Virus record (IMG/VR): IMGVR_UViG_3300002026_000001
Coordinates: 32,001-96,000 of that record
Origin: a virus
Reading direction: 5' to 3' (one strand)
Length of the DNA stretch: 64,000 nucleotides
Made by a program: the position numbers and the translations under genes. The notes under the pieces were generated by a model. That model saw nothing but the letters and a program-made list of their open reading frames with translations. It did not search any database and was not told the DNA's origin. Shown piece by piece: positions 28,214 through 36,148 of this stretch; positions within the stretch are counted from its first letter, which is position 1; every line of letters starts with the position of its first letter.

Positions 28214-30046
28214 TTACCGAATGCGACGGCCGAGAGATTGTACAGCACGTTTTTGATCTGGACCAGCAACTACTGTTGCGGCTGGTGCCGGTTGGGCTGA
28301 CGATGTCGAAGTGCCAAGTGTTTCAAGGCGGGATTCGATACTGTCATCTTGAGCAGCACCACTAATTGCTTGGTACGTAGTGCCTAGAACTGCTTTTGCC
28401 AAACTCTCTTGCACTTCCTTCGGCTTTGAAGCAATATCTGAAGCCTGTGCAAAGAGTGCTTTGTGGTACGCGTCGGAATGATTCTTGAACGTCGCGTCAA
28501 TCAAAGCTTCCGGTGAACGAATACCGGCGCTGTTCATTGAAGCCCACAAAGATGCCTTAATCGGGTTTTCAACACCAGTGAAGAAACCGCGATTGATACC
28601 GATTGCAGCCGTTGCCAAGGCAGCCATGAAGCTTTCCTTGAACTCTGCTTGATCGGCAGAAATGCTTGTGCGTTGTGATTCAACTTCTTTGTCAACCATG
28701 CGACGCACTTCGGCGGATACCGAAACTTTGTGCTTGATCGGCGTGAAGCCAAGTTCGTTCAACGACTTCTTGATACCGGCAACCTTGGCAGTGGCCAGAA
28801 CTGCTTGACCAAACTTCGGCGTGTCAAAGATGTCGGCGTTCTTGCCAGCACTTGACTTGCTTGCCATTGCAACCGGAACGCCCTTGAAGTATGCGGTCCA
28901 TGCAGCCTTGCCAGCAACACTTGACGAGTATGAAACGTCCAGATCGGCAGAGTCGGATTCTTCACCAACATCAGCGTCAGCGTCGAGTTCTTCAGTGTCT
29001 TCTTCCAGCACGTTGCCGGAATCTTCATCGGTCAAACTCAGCGTGTTGTCATCTTCGCCCATGCCGTCACCCTCGTCAGATTCAGGTTCTTCAACTGAAG
29101 AGTGGCAAGCCGGGCATTCCGTGATTTCTTGCGTCGACACGATGTGCGCAGCGCAGTCACTTGAAGCGCAAAGCATGTAGTGTGCGTCGATGTTGCCTGA
29201 CGACAGTGATGTTTGCGGAAGATGTTCACGCATCAGTTGCGTTGCTTTGCTGAGTGAGTCGGCGGCGATTACAACTTCACCGTCATCGTCGTCCATTTCG
29301 GGAAGCGGCTCTTCATCTTCAGCATCACCGGCGTCATCACCAGCTTCGTCACTTTCGCCTTCGGCGTCAGCGTCATCACCAGCGGAGTCGTCACCAGCGT
29401 CATCACCAGCTTCTTCATCGTCAGCAGCATCGTCACCCTCTTCAGAGTCACCAGCAACATCTTCGTCACCGGCGTCTTCTTCAGCGCCAGCTTCTTCGTC
29501 GTCACCTTCATCAGCCGAATCAGACTCTTCGTCGCCGAGGCCGTCGTCTTCGTCAATGTCGCCGTCGTCTTCACCGAGGTCATCGCTGTCATCATCAGAG
29601 TCGTCGCCAGATTCGGCTTCAAACTCGTCACCGGTTTCGGCGCTGTCTTCAGGACCGTCGACCAAGTCTTCGTCATCTTCCGACGCGTCAGACAAACTCG
29701 ATGTGCAGTTGGGGCAGAACTTCACCAATGTTTCGCTGTCGAAGACAACGTGGGTTCCGCAACCGGACGTGCAAACCAAATGATTCACTTCAACGTCGCC
29801 GCTGGAGTTCGATTGGAACTCAAGCTTCGCGCAAAGTGCCGCATCTGTTTCAAGGTCCATGTTACCGGACATGGGATTGAACATCCCGTCGGCAGAACTG
29901 GCATGGGTAACGAAAGCGATGTCACGCTCACCGTCAACCTGTACGGCGGCACCTTTACCCATAGCAAGCAAACGATAATTGTTCACTGCCGAAGCTTTGG
30001 TGCGACCAACAGCCAGAATACCGTGAAACTTTGTCTTTTTAGACAT
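28214..30046 (-). CDS. Prohead scaffold-like protein, very acidic, with two Cys4 motifs
   Basis: Long D/E-rich tract; duplicated C-x3/4-C...CPxC units; lies between protease and MCP. Confidence 0.6.
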   Translation of the reverse strand: MSKKTKFHGILAVGRTKASAVNNYRLLAMGKGAAVQVDGERDIAFVTHASSADGMFNPMSGNMDLETDAALCAKLEFQSNSSGDVEVNHLVCTSGCGTHVVFDSETLVKFCPNCTSSLSDASEDDEDLVDGPEDSAETGDEFEAESGDDSDDDSDDLGEDDGDIDEDDGLGDEESDSADEGDDEEAGAEEDAGDEDVAGDSEEGDDAADDEEAGDDAGDDSAGDDADAEGESDEAGDDAGDAEDEEPLPEMDDDDGEVVIAADSLSKATQLMREHLPQTSLSSGNIDAHYMLCASSDCAAHIVSTQEITECPACHSSVEEPESDEGDGMGEDDNTLSLTDEDSGNVLEEDTEELDADADVGEESDSADLDVSYSSSVAGKAAWTAYFKGVPVAMASKSSAGKNADIFDTPKFGQAVLATAKVAGIKKSLNELGFTPIKHKVSVSAEVRRMVDKEVESQRTSISADQAEFKESFMAALATAAIGINRGFFTGVENPIKASLWASMNSAGIRSPEALIDATFKNHSDAYHKALFAQASDIASKPKEVQESLAKAVLGTTYQAISGAAQDDSIESRLETLGTSTSSAQPAPAATVVAGPDQKRAVQSLGRRIR

Positions 30047-30096
30047 AAATCAGGCTCCTGTTTGTTGAACATATATTGTGCTGCTACAACGGAATC

Positions 30097-30103
30097 AAAT
30101 TAT
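30097..30103 (-). promoter_or_regulatory. Putative phage promoter element ATAATTT
   Basis: Intergenic, upstream of the scaffold-capsid operon. Confidence 0.45.
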
Positions 30104-30128
30104 GGTGTGCAGAATGCTTTTACATCCG

Positions 30129-30608
30129 TCACTTCAAAGATGATTCTATCTTTTGTAAGACGTCCGGTCTTGCAACCAACGTCTTTAAACCGGGATGTAA
30201 TGGGTGCGGCCACTTACCTTTCGCCGTCCACACAAACCCTTGTGTCTCCCAGTTAAGCGTCGGCACAAACTCGTCATCCACAACAGCAAGATAATTGTGG
30301 TATTTAAAACCTGACGGGTGTGCAAACACATACAAAGGAATCAAATCAAAGTGACCTGAGTAACCGGCCTCTTCTACAACTTCACGAATCACACCTTGCT
30401 TCGGTGTTTCACCGGGATCAATTGCACCGCCCCATGTTCCCCAAGTGTGAGGTTCAAGAACGTGCTCACTGCGATGTGCAATTAACAAACGACGTGTAGC
30501 ACGTGCTAGAAATAAGCAACCTGCTGCTTGTCGTCCCCAAAATCCTGTTTCTTCCAACGCGACGCCATGCTCGTTGTCCGAATTTGACATACTTATCGTA
30601 ATTCTCAT
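30129..30608 (-). CDS. NUDIX hydrolase with S-x-S leader (MRITISMSN)
   Basis: Complete Nudix box G-AIDPG-E-TPKQGVI-REVVEEAGY; GGAG RBS. Confidence 0.9.
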   Translation of the reverse strand: MRITISMSNSDNEHGVALEETGFWGRQAAGCLFLARATRRLLIAHRSEHVLEPHTWGTWGGAIDPGETPKQGVIREVVEEAGYSGHFDLIPLYVFAHPSGFKYHNYLAVVDDEFVPTLNWETQGFVWTAKGKWPHPLHPGLKTLVARPDVLQKIESSLK

Positions 30609-30637
30609 GGTGCGCAACTCCGGTCTTACAAGAGATT

Positions 30638-30644
30638 AAATTAG
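30638..30644 (-). promoter_or_regulatory. Putative phage promoter element CTAATTT
   Basis: Intergenic, upstream of the NUDIX gene. Confidence 0.5.
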
Positions 30645-30683
30645 ATCGTGCAACTTTTTACGACAGTGCACAAATCGCCAATT

Positions 30684-30833
30684 TCACTTCTTTGTCAAAA
30701 TGTCGACAGCGTCAGTGATATGACTATGTCGCCGTTTCTCAGGTTCAAGCAATACACGACGTGCAACATTAACCGGGACACCACGTGTGATTAAGAAGTA
30801 GTAGGCTTTCAAATAGCCGCCAACTTCGCACAT
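30684..30833 (-). CDS. Small hypothetical protein (49 aa), absent from the ORF track
   Basis: MCEVGGYLKAYYFLITRGVPVNVARRVLLEPEKRRHSHITDAVDILTKK; paralogous motif to 31284..31550. Confidence 0.65.
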   Translation of the reverse strand: MCEVGGYLKAYYFLITRGVPVNVARRVLLEPEKRRHSHITDAVDILTKK

Positions 30834-30842
30834 GATAATTCC

Positions 30843-30932
30843 CTATTCGACCAACTCGAACATTTCGATATTGACGCGCCGATCTTCTTCGCTCTCGACA
30901 AATCCGTCTTCAGTGTTCACAGCAATCTCCAT
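30843..30932 (-). CDS. Possible 29-aa acidic peptide MEIAVNTEDGFVESEEDRRVNIEMFELVE
   Basis: TGATG overlap with the upstream stop; fills the gap exactly. Confidence 0.4.
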   Translation of the reverse strand: MEIAVNTEDGFVESEEDRRVNIEMFELVE

Positions 30933-31318
30933 CAAACTCTTGTCCGTCTTCGGTCATTGTCACGCGCAGAAGCCCGACGTTCGCGCTCTTTGACGCGCCG
31001 ATTCCGACGAACGGTTGAACGCATGAACAGCCAGATTGCACCAAACACGGCAAGTGCAAGTGTGCCAAATATCATGCACAACACAGGCATTGGTGCACAC
31101 TGCTCATCGTCAAACGTCTTGATGAAACCCTCGAATCCAAACATTGAGTACCAAGGGTATTTCAAATCACTCGGCGGGACATAGTGCGTCAACGCATTTG
31201 TTGTGCGGTCGTAGTGGAGAACATGTGGCATGCACCAATGTGTCGATTTACGAAATTGAATGTATCCACCTTGTTCGTTCCACTTATCCAGTGCGTAGTA
31301 AAGGCATTGTATTTTCAC
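30932..31318 (-). CDS. Hypothetical membrane protein
   Basis: GTG start with GGAG RBS; C-terminal hydrophobic helix (VLCMIFGTLALAVFGAIWLF) followed by an Arg-rich tail. Confidence 0.55.
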   Translation of the reverse strand: MKIQCLYYALDKWNEQGGYIQFRKSTHWCMPHVLHYDRTTNALTHYVPPSDLKYPWYSMFGFEGFIKTFDDEQCAPMPVLCMIFGTLALAVFGAIWLFMRSTVRRNRRVKERERRASARDNDRRRTRV

Positions 31319-31550
31319 TAGCTTTCGACTCCGGTTCCTGTTTAGCATCGCCAACCCAAGCAACGACTGTGCGACGTTGTTCAGGGTGGTCAAGCACGCG
31401 CTTTGCAGTTTCACGGTTGATGTTGTGCTTTAGCAGGAAGGCAAATGCAGAATTGTAATCTTGCTCACGCAAAATACGCAGACCTGATTCTACAATGAAC
31501 CAACTCCAGTGGTCTGAGCGTTGGTCATTACGCTGAAGTTGGCTGTCCAT
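31284..31550 (-). CDS. Small hypothetical protein (88 aa)
   Basis: Start at MDSQLQ, 10 nt after the protease stop; shares Y..A..FL...A.RVL..PE.RR with 30684..30833. Confidence 0.6.
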   Translation of the reverse strand: MDSQLQRNDQRSDHWSWFIVESGLRILREQDYNSAFAFLLKHNINRETAKRVLDHPEQRRTVVAWVGDAKQEPESKASENTMPLLRTG

Positions 31551-31560
31551 AAACAGTGGC

Positions 31561-32541
31561 TCAGAATGAACGAGCGTCGTAAACCGTTGGGCCGATTGCG
31601 CTAACAAACGCAGGTGTGTTGACACTTGAGCATTCAAACCCGATCCCATCTTCACACCAGCGGTGTGCAAGAACACCGTTCGGCATTTGGTATGTCGGCT
31701 TGCCCATTTGCGTGTGCGAACACGGACTAAGGTTGATACCACGACCGACGCGAGTCCCGCAGACAGAGCACGAGTAACTCTTGTAATAGAAGCCGACGCT
31801 GTAAGCGTTGTTCTCATTGCGCAGAATCGACTCTGCAAGTGCACTGTCTTTGGTGCGGTCATACGCAAGCAGCAACACGATCTTGTAAAACTTGTTGTTG
31901 AACGGGACCGGACGCAAGAACGAATCAAGGATCACACCTTTCGCTTGCGTGATGTCTTTGTTCTGATGTTCGACGTGTGTCGGCTTTCCCTTAAACGTCT
32001 TGTACATCTGCATGCCGAACTCTGGATCGAAGCGCAACATCTGTTTGAGCGTCAGACCATCACCGTTTGTGTTTGGCAACCCACTGAAGATTGCGGGGAT
32101 CGGCACCAACACATAGTCGCGAATGTCACGCGACAGACAATAGTGTTCCGCAGCGTAAGGCAACCAGTAGTTGCAATCAGACACGCGCTCGGTGAACCCT
32201 GTTCCAGACACGGTTTCAGGAACAATGATTTCCTTCGTGCCTTTCTTAAGCTGCTCACCTGCAAACGGCAGCAACGAACTCAGTCCAAAGCTGTTTGACG
32301 CAAACCGTTCAGGAATGTCAATCAACGGAGCGCCGTCAGCAGCGCACAAACTTGTTTCTTGACTGGCGGTAAATGAAGGTGTGTCGCTTGACACAAACTT
32401 GTAGCCACGCGAAATTGGAATCAACGCACCAACCGGTGCGCTATTACGTGACACAAGAAACGTGTTGTTGTGACTTGGACGCAGTGAATAGCCTTGCGAG
32501 GTCGCCCACTGTTGTGCGTTGTCAATGATAATCATGGTCAT
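31561..32541 (-). CDS. Prohead (capsid maturation) protease
   Basis: PN.NGD, HVEHQNKDITQAKGVILD, YSVG...CSVCG, FECSSVNTPAF herpes/HK97-type protease motifs; upstream of scaffold and MCP. Confidence 0.8.
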   Translation of the reverse strand: MTMIIIDNAQQWATSQGYSLRPSHNNTFLVSRNSAPVGALIPISRGYKFVSSDTPSFTASQETSLCAADGAPLIDIPERFASNSFGLSSLLPFAGEQLKKGTKEIIVPETVSGTGFTERVSDCNYWLPYAAEHYCLSRDIRDYVLVPIPAIFSGLPNTNGDGLTLKQMLRFDPEFGMQMYKTFKGKPTHVEHQNKDITQAKGVILDSFLRPVPFNNKFYKIVLLLAYDRTKDSALAESILRNENNAYSVGFYYKSYSCSVCGTRVGRGINLSPCSHTQMGKPTYQMPNGVLAHRWCEDGIGFECSSVNTPAFVSAIGPTVYDARSF

Positions 32542-32546
32542 TCCTA

Positions 32547-34535
32547 TTAGTTGTGCCGTTTCAAAGCTTTCTTTGCGCGTGCTGCCACCTTAGCAACCGG
32601 ATCGTTTAGAAGCTTCAACAGAATATACTTCGGTGTATCAAAACCTTCGGCAAGAGCAAAGCGTACATCAGGTTCAGTATCGAGAGCCAACTGATCGCGG
32701 GACGCGTCGTCAATATCAGAAACTCCGGCCATGTAAGCTCGAATCTTCGGATCATCACAAGCAACCAAGTCGTCTAGATAATTCCTGTCCAACTCCGCGT
32801 CCATTCCAAGTAGGTATTTGACAACTTTAAAGTTTCGACTATCTTTAAAGTGATTGAAAAGTTGTTCTTGGCGATCTTCAGCAACGTTGTACGGGAGGTC
32901 TCCAATAAGATCAGGACGTAGGTCGAGAGCGTATAGAGTGAACTCAAATGGGAAGTTGTCGGCAATCTCTAGCAAATCTGCTACGTGCATTCCTTTATCC
33001 AACGTGCACAGCAACTCAAACACTTCCTTTGAAAGTTCAGGTTCGTCTTCAATAAAGGCAGTGACCAGATCGGGACTAGCGGCCTCAAGTTTACTGAGAA
33101 CAAAGTCTTGAGGAATAGCTTTGTGGTCTAGTATCAAACACCTAACATGCGTGTCGCGCACATTTTCGTACATTGACATAAGAAGGCTTACCGGCGCTGC
33201 TGGATTATTTGCAACCCTCCTGCTGAAATCTTTGGAGAATGCGTACTTCTTCAAAACCTTGACCGTGCAACGCTCGTCGCGTAGCAGAGTCATCAAGAAC
33301 TGGCGACCTTCTGACGTCTTCAACTGTGAGTCTTTGAGCGTGTCGAGTGCGCCTATAAGTTTAAGCATTGTCTTTTCTGACAGCCTGTCGCTTGCAACGA
33401 TTGCGCTCAATGCCCGTAGAGACAGTTGCTTACTGCTCAAGCAAAGGTCGGCCATAGTGTCGAGAGTTGTCGACGACACGTTCTTGTTGAGACATATGAT
33501 TGGATAATGGTTTTGTTTCACATCCGGGAGTATTTTTGCAATGAACTTGTCAGACAAACTCCGGTGTCTGAGAATATCGACTTCTAGGTAAGCACTGTCT
33601 ATGTGGTAGCCGTACAACTTCTCTAGGATTTCCGATGGTGCATTTCCGTTGTCGGTCAGTGCTCTTGCCACAGCCTCACTTGGTTTTTCAGAAACGAAGT
33701 ATTGCAAGATTTCTATGTCAGGTGTTGATGATGCAAGCGCCGCTTTGTTGCGCGCAGACAGACCTTCGACCGGATCACCTTGTTTAAGGTGGAAGATGGA
33801 AGTCTCCTGATCGTCGTTGTACAAGTTTTCACGATGCTTGTACACTCCGGTTGGAGACGACTTGTTCATTTCAGCACAGAACTTTACAACTGCACCATGG
33901 AAATGCTCGGATGCAGTTCCGTACACGGGGCCGGGAACAAATACCGAGTAGCCACCGGTTTTCACAAACGGCCGCAATGCTATGCGTGCCATTGGGCGGT
34001 TGATGTTTTTGTCGTCATTCTTAACAAGATAGGCGACAAGGGTTCCGTATTTGACGTCCTTCTTCAAGTAATCTGCGTTGGACCCTTTTTCGACATTCAT
34101 GCACGACGTCCAACCTCGGTCAAAGGACATACCTAGGATGTCGTACGGGTGCCGAGAAATCACAACCCACGCTGCTGCACCTTTTGAGGCTGCACGGGAG
34201 GAGTCATTATCAAACTGTTTCTTCAACGCCGGGACTTCGGACAACACCTTGCCGATCTTGACACTTCGGCGACCATCTGGAAGCTTCGCAGTTCCAGCAC
34301 GGTAGTCGTCAACAGTCATACCTTTGGAATTCAGAAACTCGATTATCTCGCCCGGAGCTTCGACAGCCTTTTTGATGGAGCCGTCGATTGGAATGTAGAT
34401 TCGGTAGACCGGCTTTTTACTACCGGCCTTACCGAACTTTGCAAACACGTCAGCGTACCTGAGACGGTTGAACGTACCCATGTAGGGCTTAACAGTCGAA
34501 ACAGGCATTGCCGACAAAGATACGTTGATAATCAT
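32547..34535 (-). CDS. Hypothetical protein with conserved N-terminal domain and C-terminal HEAT/LRV-like repeats; S-x-S leader (MIINVSLSA)
   Basis: ISRHPYDILGMSFDRGWTSCM domain; repeats such as VARALTDNGNAPSEILEKL and VRFALAEGFDTPKYILLKL. Confidence 0.65.
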   Translation of the reverse strand: MIINVSLSAMPVSTVKPYMGTFNRLRYADVFAKFGKAGSKKPVYRIYIPIDGSIKKAVEAPGEIIEFLNSKGMTVDDYRAGTAKLPDGRRSVKIGKVLSEVPALKKQFDNDSSRAASKGAAAWVVISRHPYDILGMSFDRGWTSCMNVEKGSNADYLKKDVKYGTLVAYLVKNDDKNINRPMARIALRPFVKTGGYSVFVPGPVYGTASEHFHGAVVKFCAEMNKSSPTGVYKHRENLYNDDQETSIFHLKQGDPVEGLSARNKAALASSTPDIEILQYFVSEKPSEAVARALTDNGNAPSEILEKLYGYHIDSAYLEVDILRHRSLSDKFIAKILPDVKQNHYPIICLNKNVSSTTLDTMADLCLSSKQLSLRALSAIVASDRLSEKTMLKLIGALDTLKDSQLKTSEGRQFLMTLLRDERCTVKVLKKYAFSKDFSRRVANNPAAPVSLLMSMYENVRDTHVRCLILDHKAIPQDFVLSKLEAASPDLVTAFIEDEPELSKEVFELLCTLDKGMHVADLLEIADNFPFEFTLYALDLRPDLIGDLPYNVAEDRQEQLFNHFKDSRNFKVVKYLLGMDAELDRNYLDDLVACDDPKIRAYMAGVSDIDDASRDQLALDTEPDVRFALAEGFDTPKYILLKLLNDPVAKVAARAKKALKRHN

Positions 34536-34536
34536 T

Positions 34537-36147
34537 TCAATCGTCTTTCAAAGGTAACCAGCTTGGACGGCGCAGACCAAGGTCGGTGAAGAACTTGGTG
34601 ATCACGTCCGGGTCAATGTAGCTGTTGATGCTAGTGGTTGAAACCGTCTTTTCTTTCTCGCCGGTTCCGCTGCGGTGATGTAGCATCGCTCCTATTTCAA
34701 GACACTGCTCTTTGGCCCACTTCTCTGCGGCAGATTGTGACGGTGGGTTTGTCTTCTTGAATGGAGATGTTGCAAACTTCTTCAACGCCAACTTCGTACC
34801 GGCAGCGTGACGAATCTTGTGCGCGGTCATCTTCGGGATTCCGGTGATCGCTTTCAGATACTTGTTGACTGGATCAGGGCGAAGCAGCGCACCCTTGATG
34901 GTGAACACGTACTTGTCTTTCGTCTTGTTCTTCATGTAGCCACGAATCAGACGAATGACTTTGCGATTGGTCGGAGTCTTGTTGCTCAAGAAGTGATGTT
35001 GCATCGTTCCCTTCTTGCCGGGGTATTCAAAGTCAAGACCGTCGGTAGTTGCATGCACCTGACCAACCTTGACAGTTGTCATCCCGTATGTTTGCTGACC
35101 GTCGTTCTTGTTCTTCTCGCCACCGATACGTGCTTGTGATTGGAACATCGCTTCAACGACAACAGCGTGCATCTGGATTCGAGCATCCAAGCTGTCAAGG
35201 TCTTTCAACCAAGTCTCGTGGTGCATGTCGACATCTTCCATGAACTCGCCGACTACTTCAAACTTGCCCTTGGTGTTTGCCTTGAGGAAGTTTACGGTGC
35301 GCAATGGGTTTGGCTTGTTGTCAACTTGCCAGCAATAGTAAGTGTTGTCCGTCTTCGGATCGTACGCCGGGTTCATCTTAATGATGCCGACCGCGCCACC
35401 CTTCAGCAACTTGCCTTCGGTCGTGTAAAACTTCCCTTGCTCATCAACGCGACCAACAAAACCAGTCGGCAGGTAATTGCAACCCATCGCCTTCAGGTAA
35501 TTGCGTGCAGTTTCAACATCGACTGTCTGGTGACCGCTGATACGCACAAACTTCTGCAAGCACTTCTTGTAGTTTGCGGTAAACACCATGCGCAGCTTCG
35601 AGTACTGCTCGATCAGCTTCGCGTCAGTCTTGCGGAACTCCAGAATCTCCTTCAGCGACAACACCGGATCGTCTTTGCGGTCAGTAAGTGCAAGAACGAT
35701 CTTTGCCATCTTCTGCGAGGTTGCAAGGTCACCAACTTCCTTACTGTCACGGTCCAAGAACAACGCTGATAGAGCCGGAGCACCGAGGATCACAGAGTTT
35801 TTGTTGATACGGTTCCAGCAAGGCTCACTGTCTTTGCGGAAGAACGTAGTGATGTCACGAAGCATCGCCAACTCTTCTTTCGAGATTGACGTGTCCTTGA
35901 CGAATTCGGGAAGCTTTGCCTTCATTGCCAACCCAAGTTCCTCACCTTCATCCTCGGTGAATTCGTAGGTTGCTTTGAACCGCTTTGAAATGGTGTTGAA
36001 GTCGCGCACCAACCCAAACTTCTTCAGGAAAGGTTGCGCGGCTTCTTCCCATCTTGGGTAGACTGGTTTCGCCTTTGACACGTCTTTCGACGCTAGGCTG
36101 ATGGTCATCAACGTGATGCACTTCAAAAAACTTATGGTTGCACTCAT
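34537..36147 (-). CDS. DNA topoisomerase IB (pox/bacterial type) with N-terminal extension
   Basis: Catalytic pentad pattern: QARIG (R), YPGKKG (K), HKIRH (R), LHH (H), NSYIDP (Y). Confidence 0.85.
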   Translation of the reverse strand: MSATISFLKCITLMTISLASKDVSKAKPVYPRWEEAAQPFLKKFGLVRDFNTISKRFKATYEFTEDEGEELGLAMKAKLPEFVKDTSISKEELAMLRDITTFFRKDSEPCWNRINKNSVILGAPALSALFLDRDSKEVGDLATSQKMAKIVLALTDRKDDPVLSLKEILEFRKTDAKLIEQYSKLRMVFTANYKKCLQKFVRISGHQTVDVETARNYLKAMGCNYLPTGFVGRVDEQGKFYTTEGKLLKGGAVGIIKMNPAYDPKTDNTYYCWQVDNKPNPLRTVNFLKANTKGKFEVVGEFMEDVDMHHETWLKDLDSLDARIQMHAVVVEAMFQSQARIGGEKNKNDGQQTYGMTTVKVGQVHATTDGLDFEYPGKKGTMQHHFLSNKTPTNRKVIRLIRGYMKNKTKDKYVFTIKGALLRPDPVNKYLKAITGIPKMTAHKIRHAAGTKLALKKFATSPFKKTNPPSQSAAEKWAKEQCLEIGAMLHHRSGTGEKEKTVSTTSINSYIDPDVITKFFTDLGLRRPSWLPLKDD

Positions 36148-36148
36148 T

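Noticed and set aside
29250-29700. Apparent short DNA repeats resembling an array
   Set aside because: Codon-level repetition of Asp/Glu/Ala/Gly; no constant repeat with unique spacers, so not CRISPR
29190-29880. Long plus-strand ORFs (Ser-rich 197 aa; His/Arg-rich 208 aa)
   Set aside because: Antisense shadows of the GAT/GAC/GAA-rich scaffold gene; no RBS; the low complexity mirrors the real ORF
36120-36135. T TTT TTG slippery-like run at the start of the TopoIB gene
   Set aside because: Only 5-7 codons into the ORF, with no useful alternative product identified; no evidence for a PAS-TopoIB fusion
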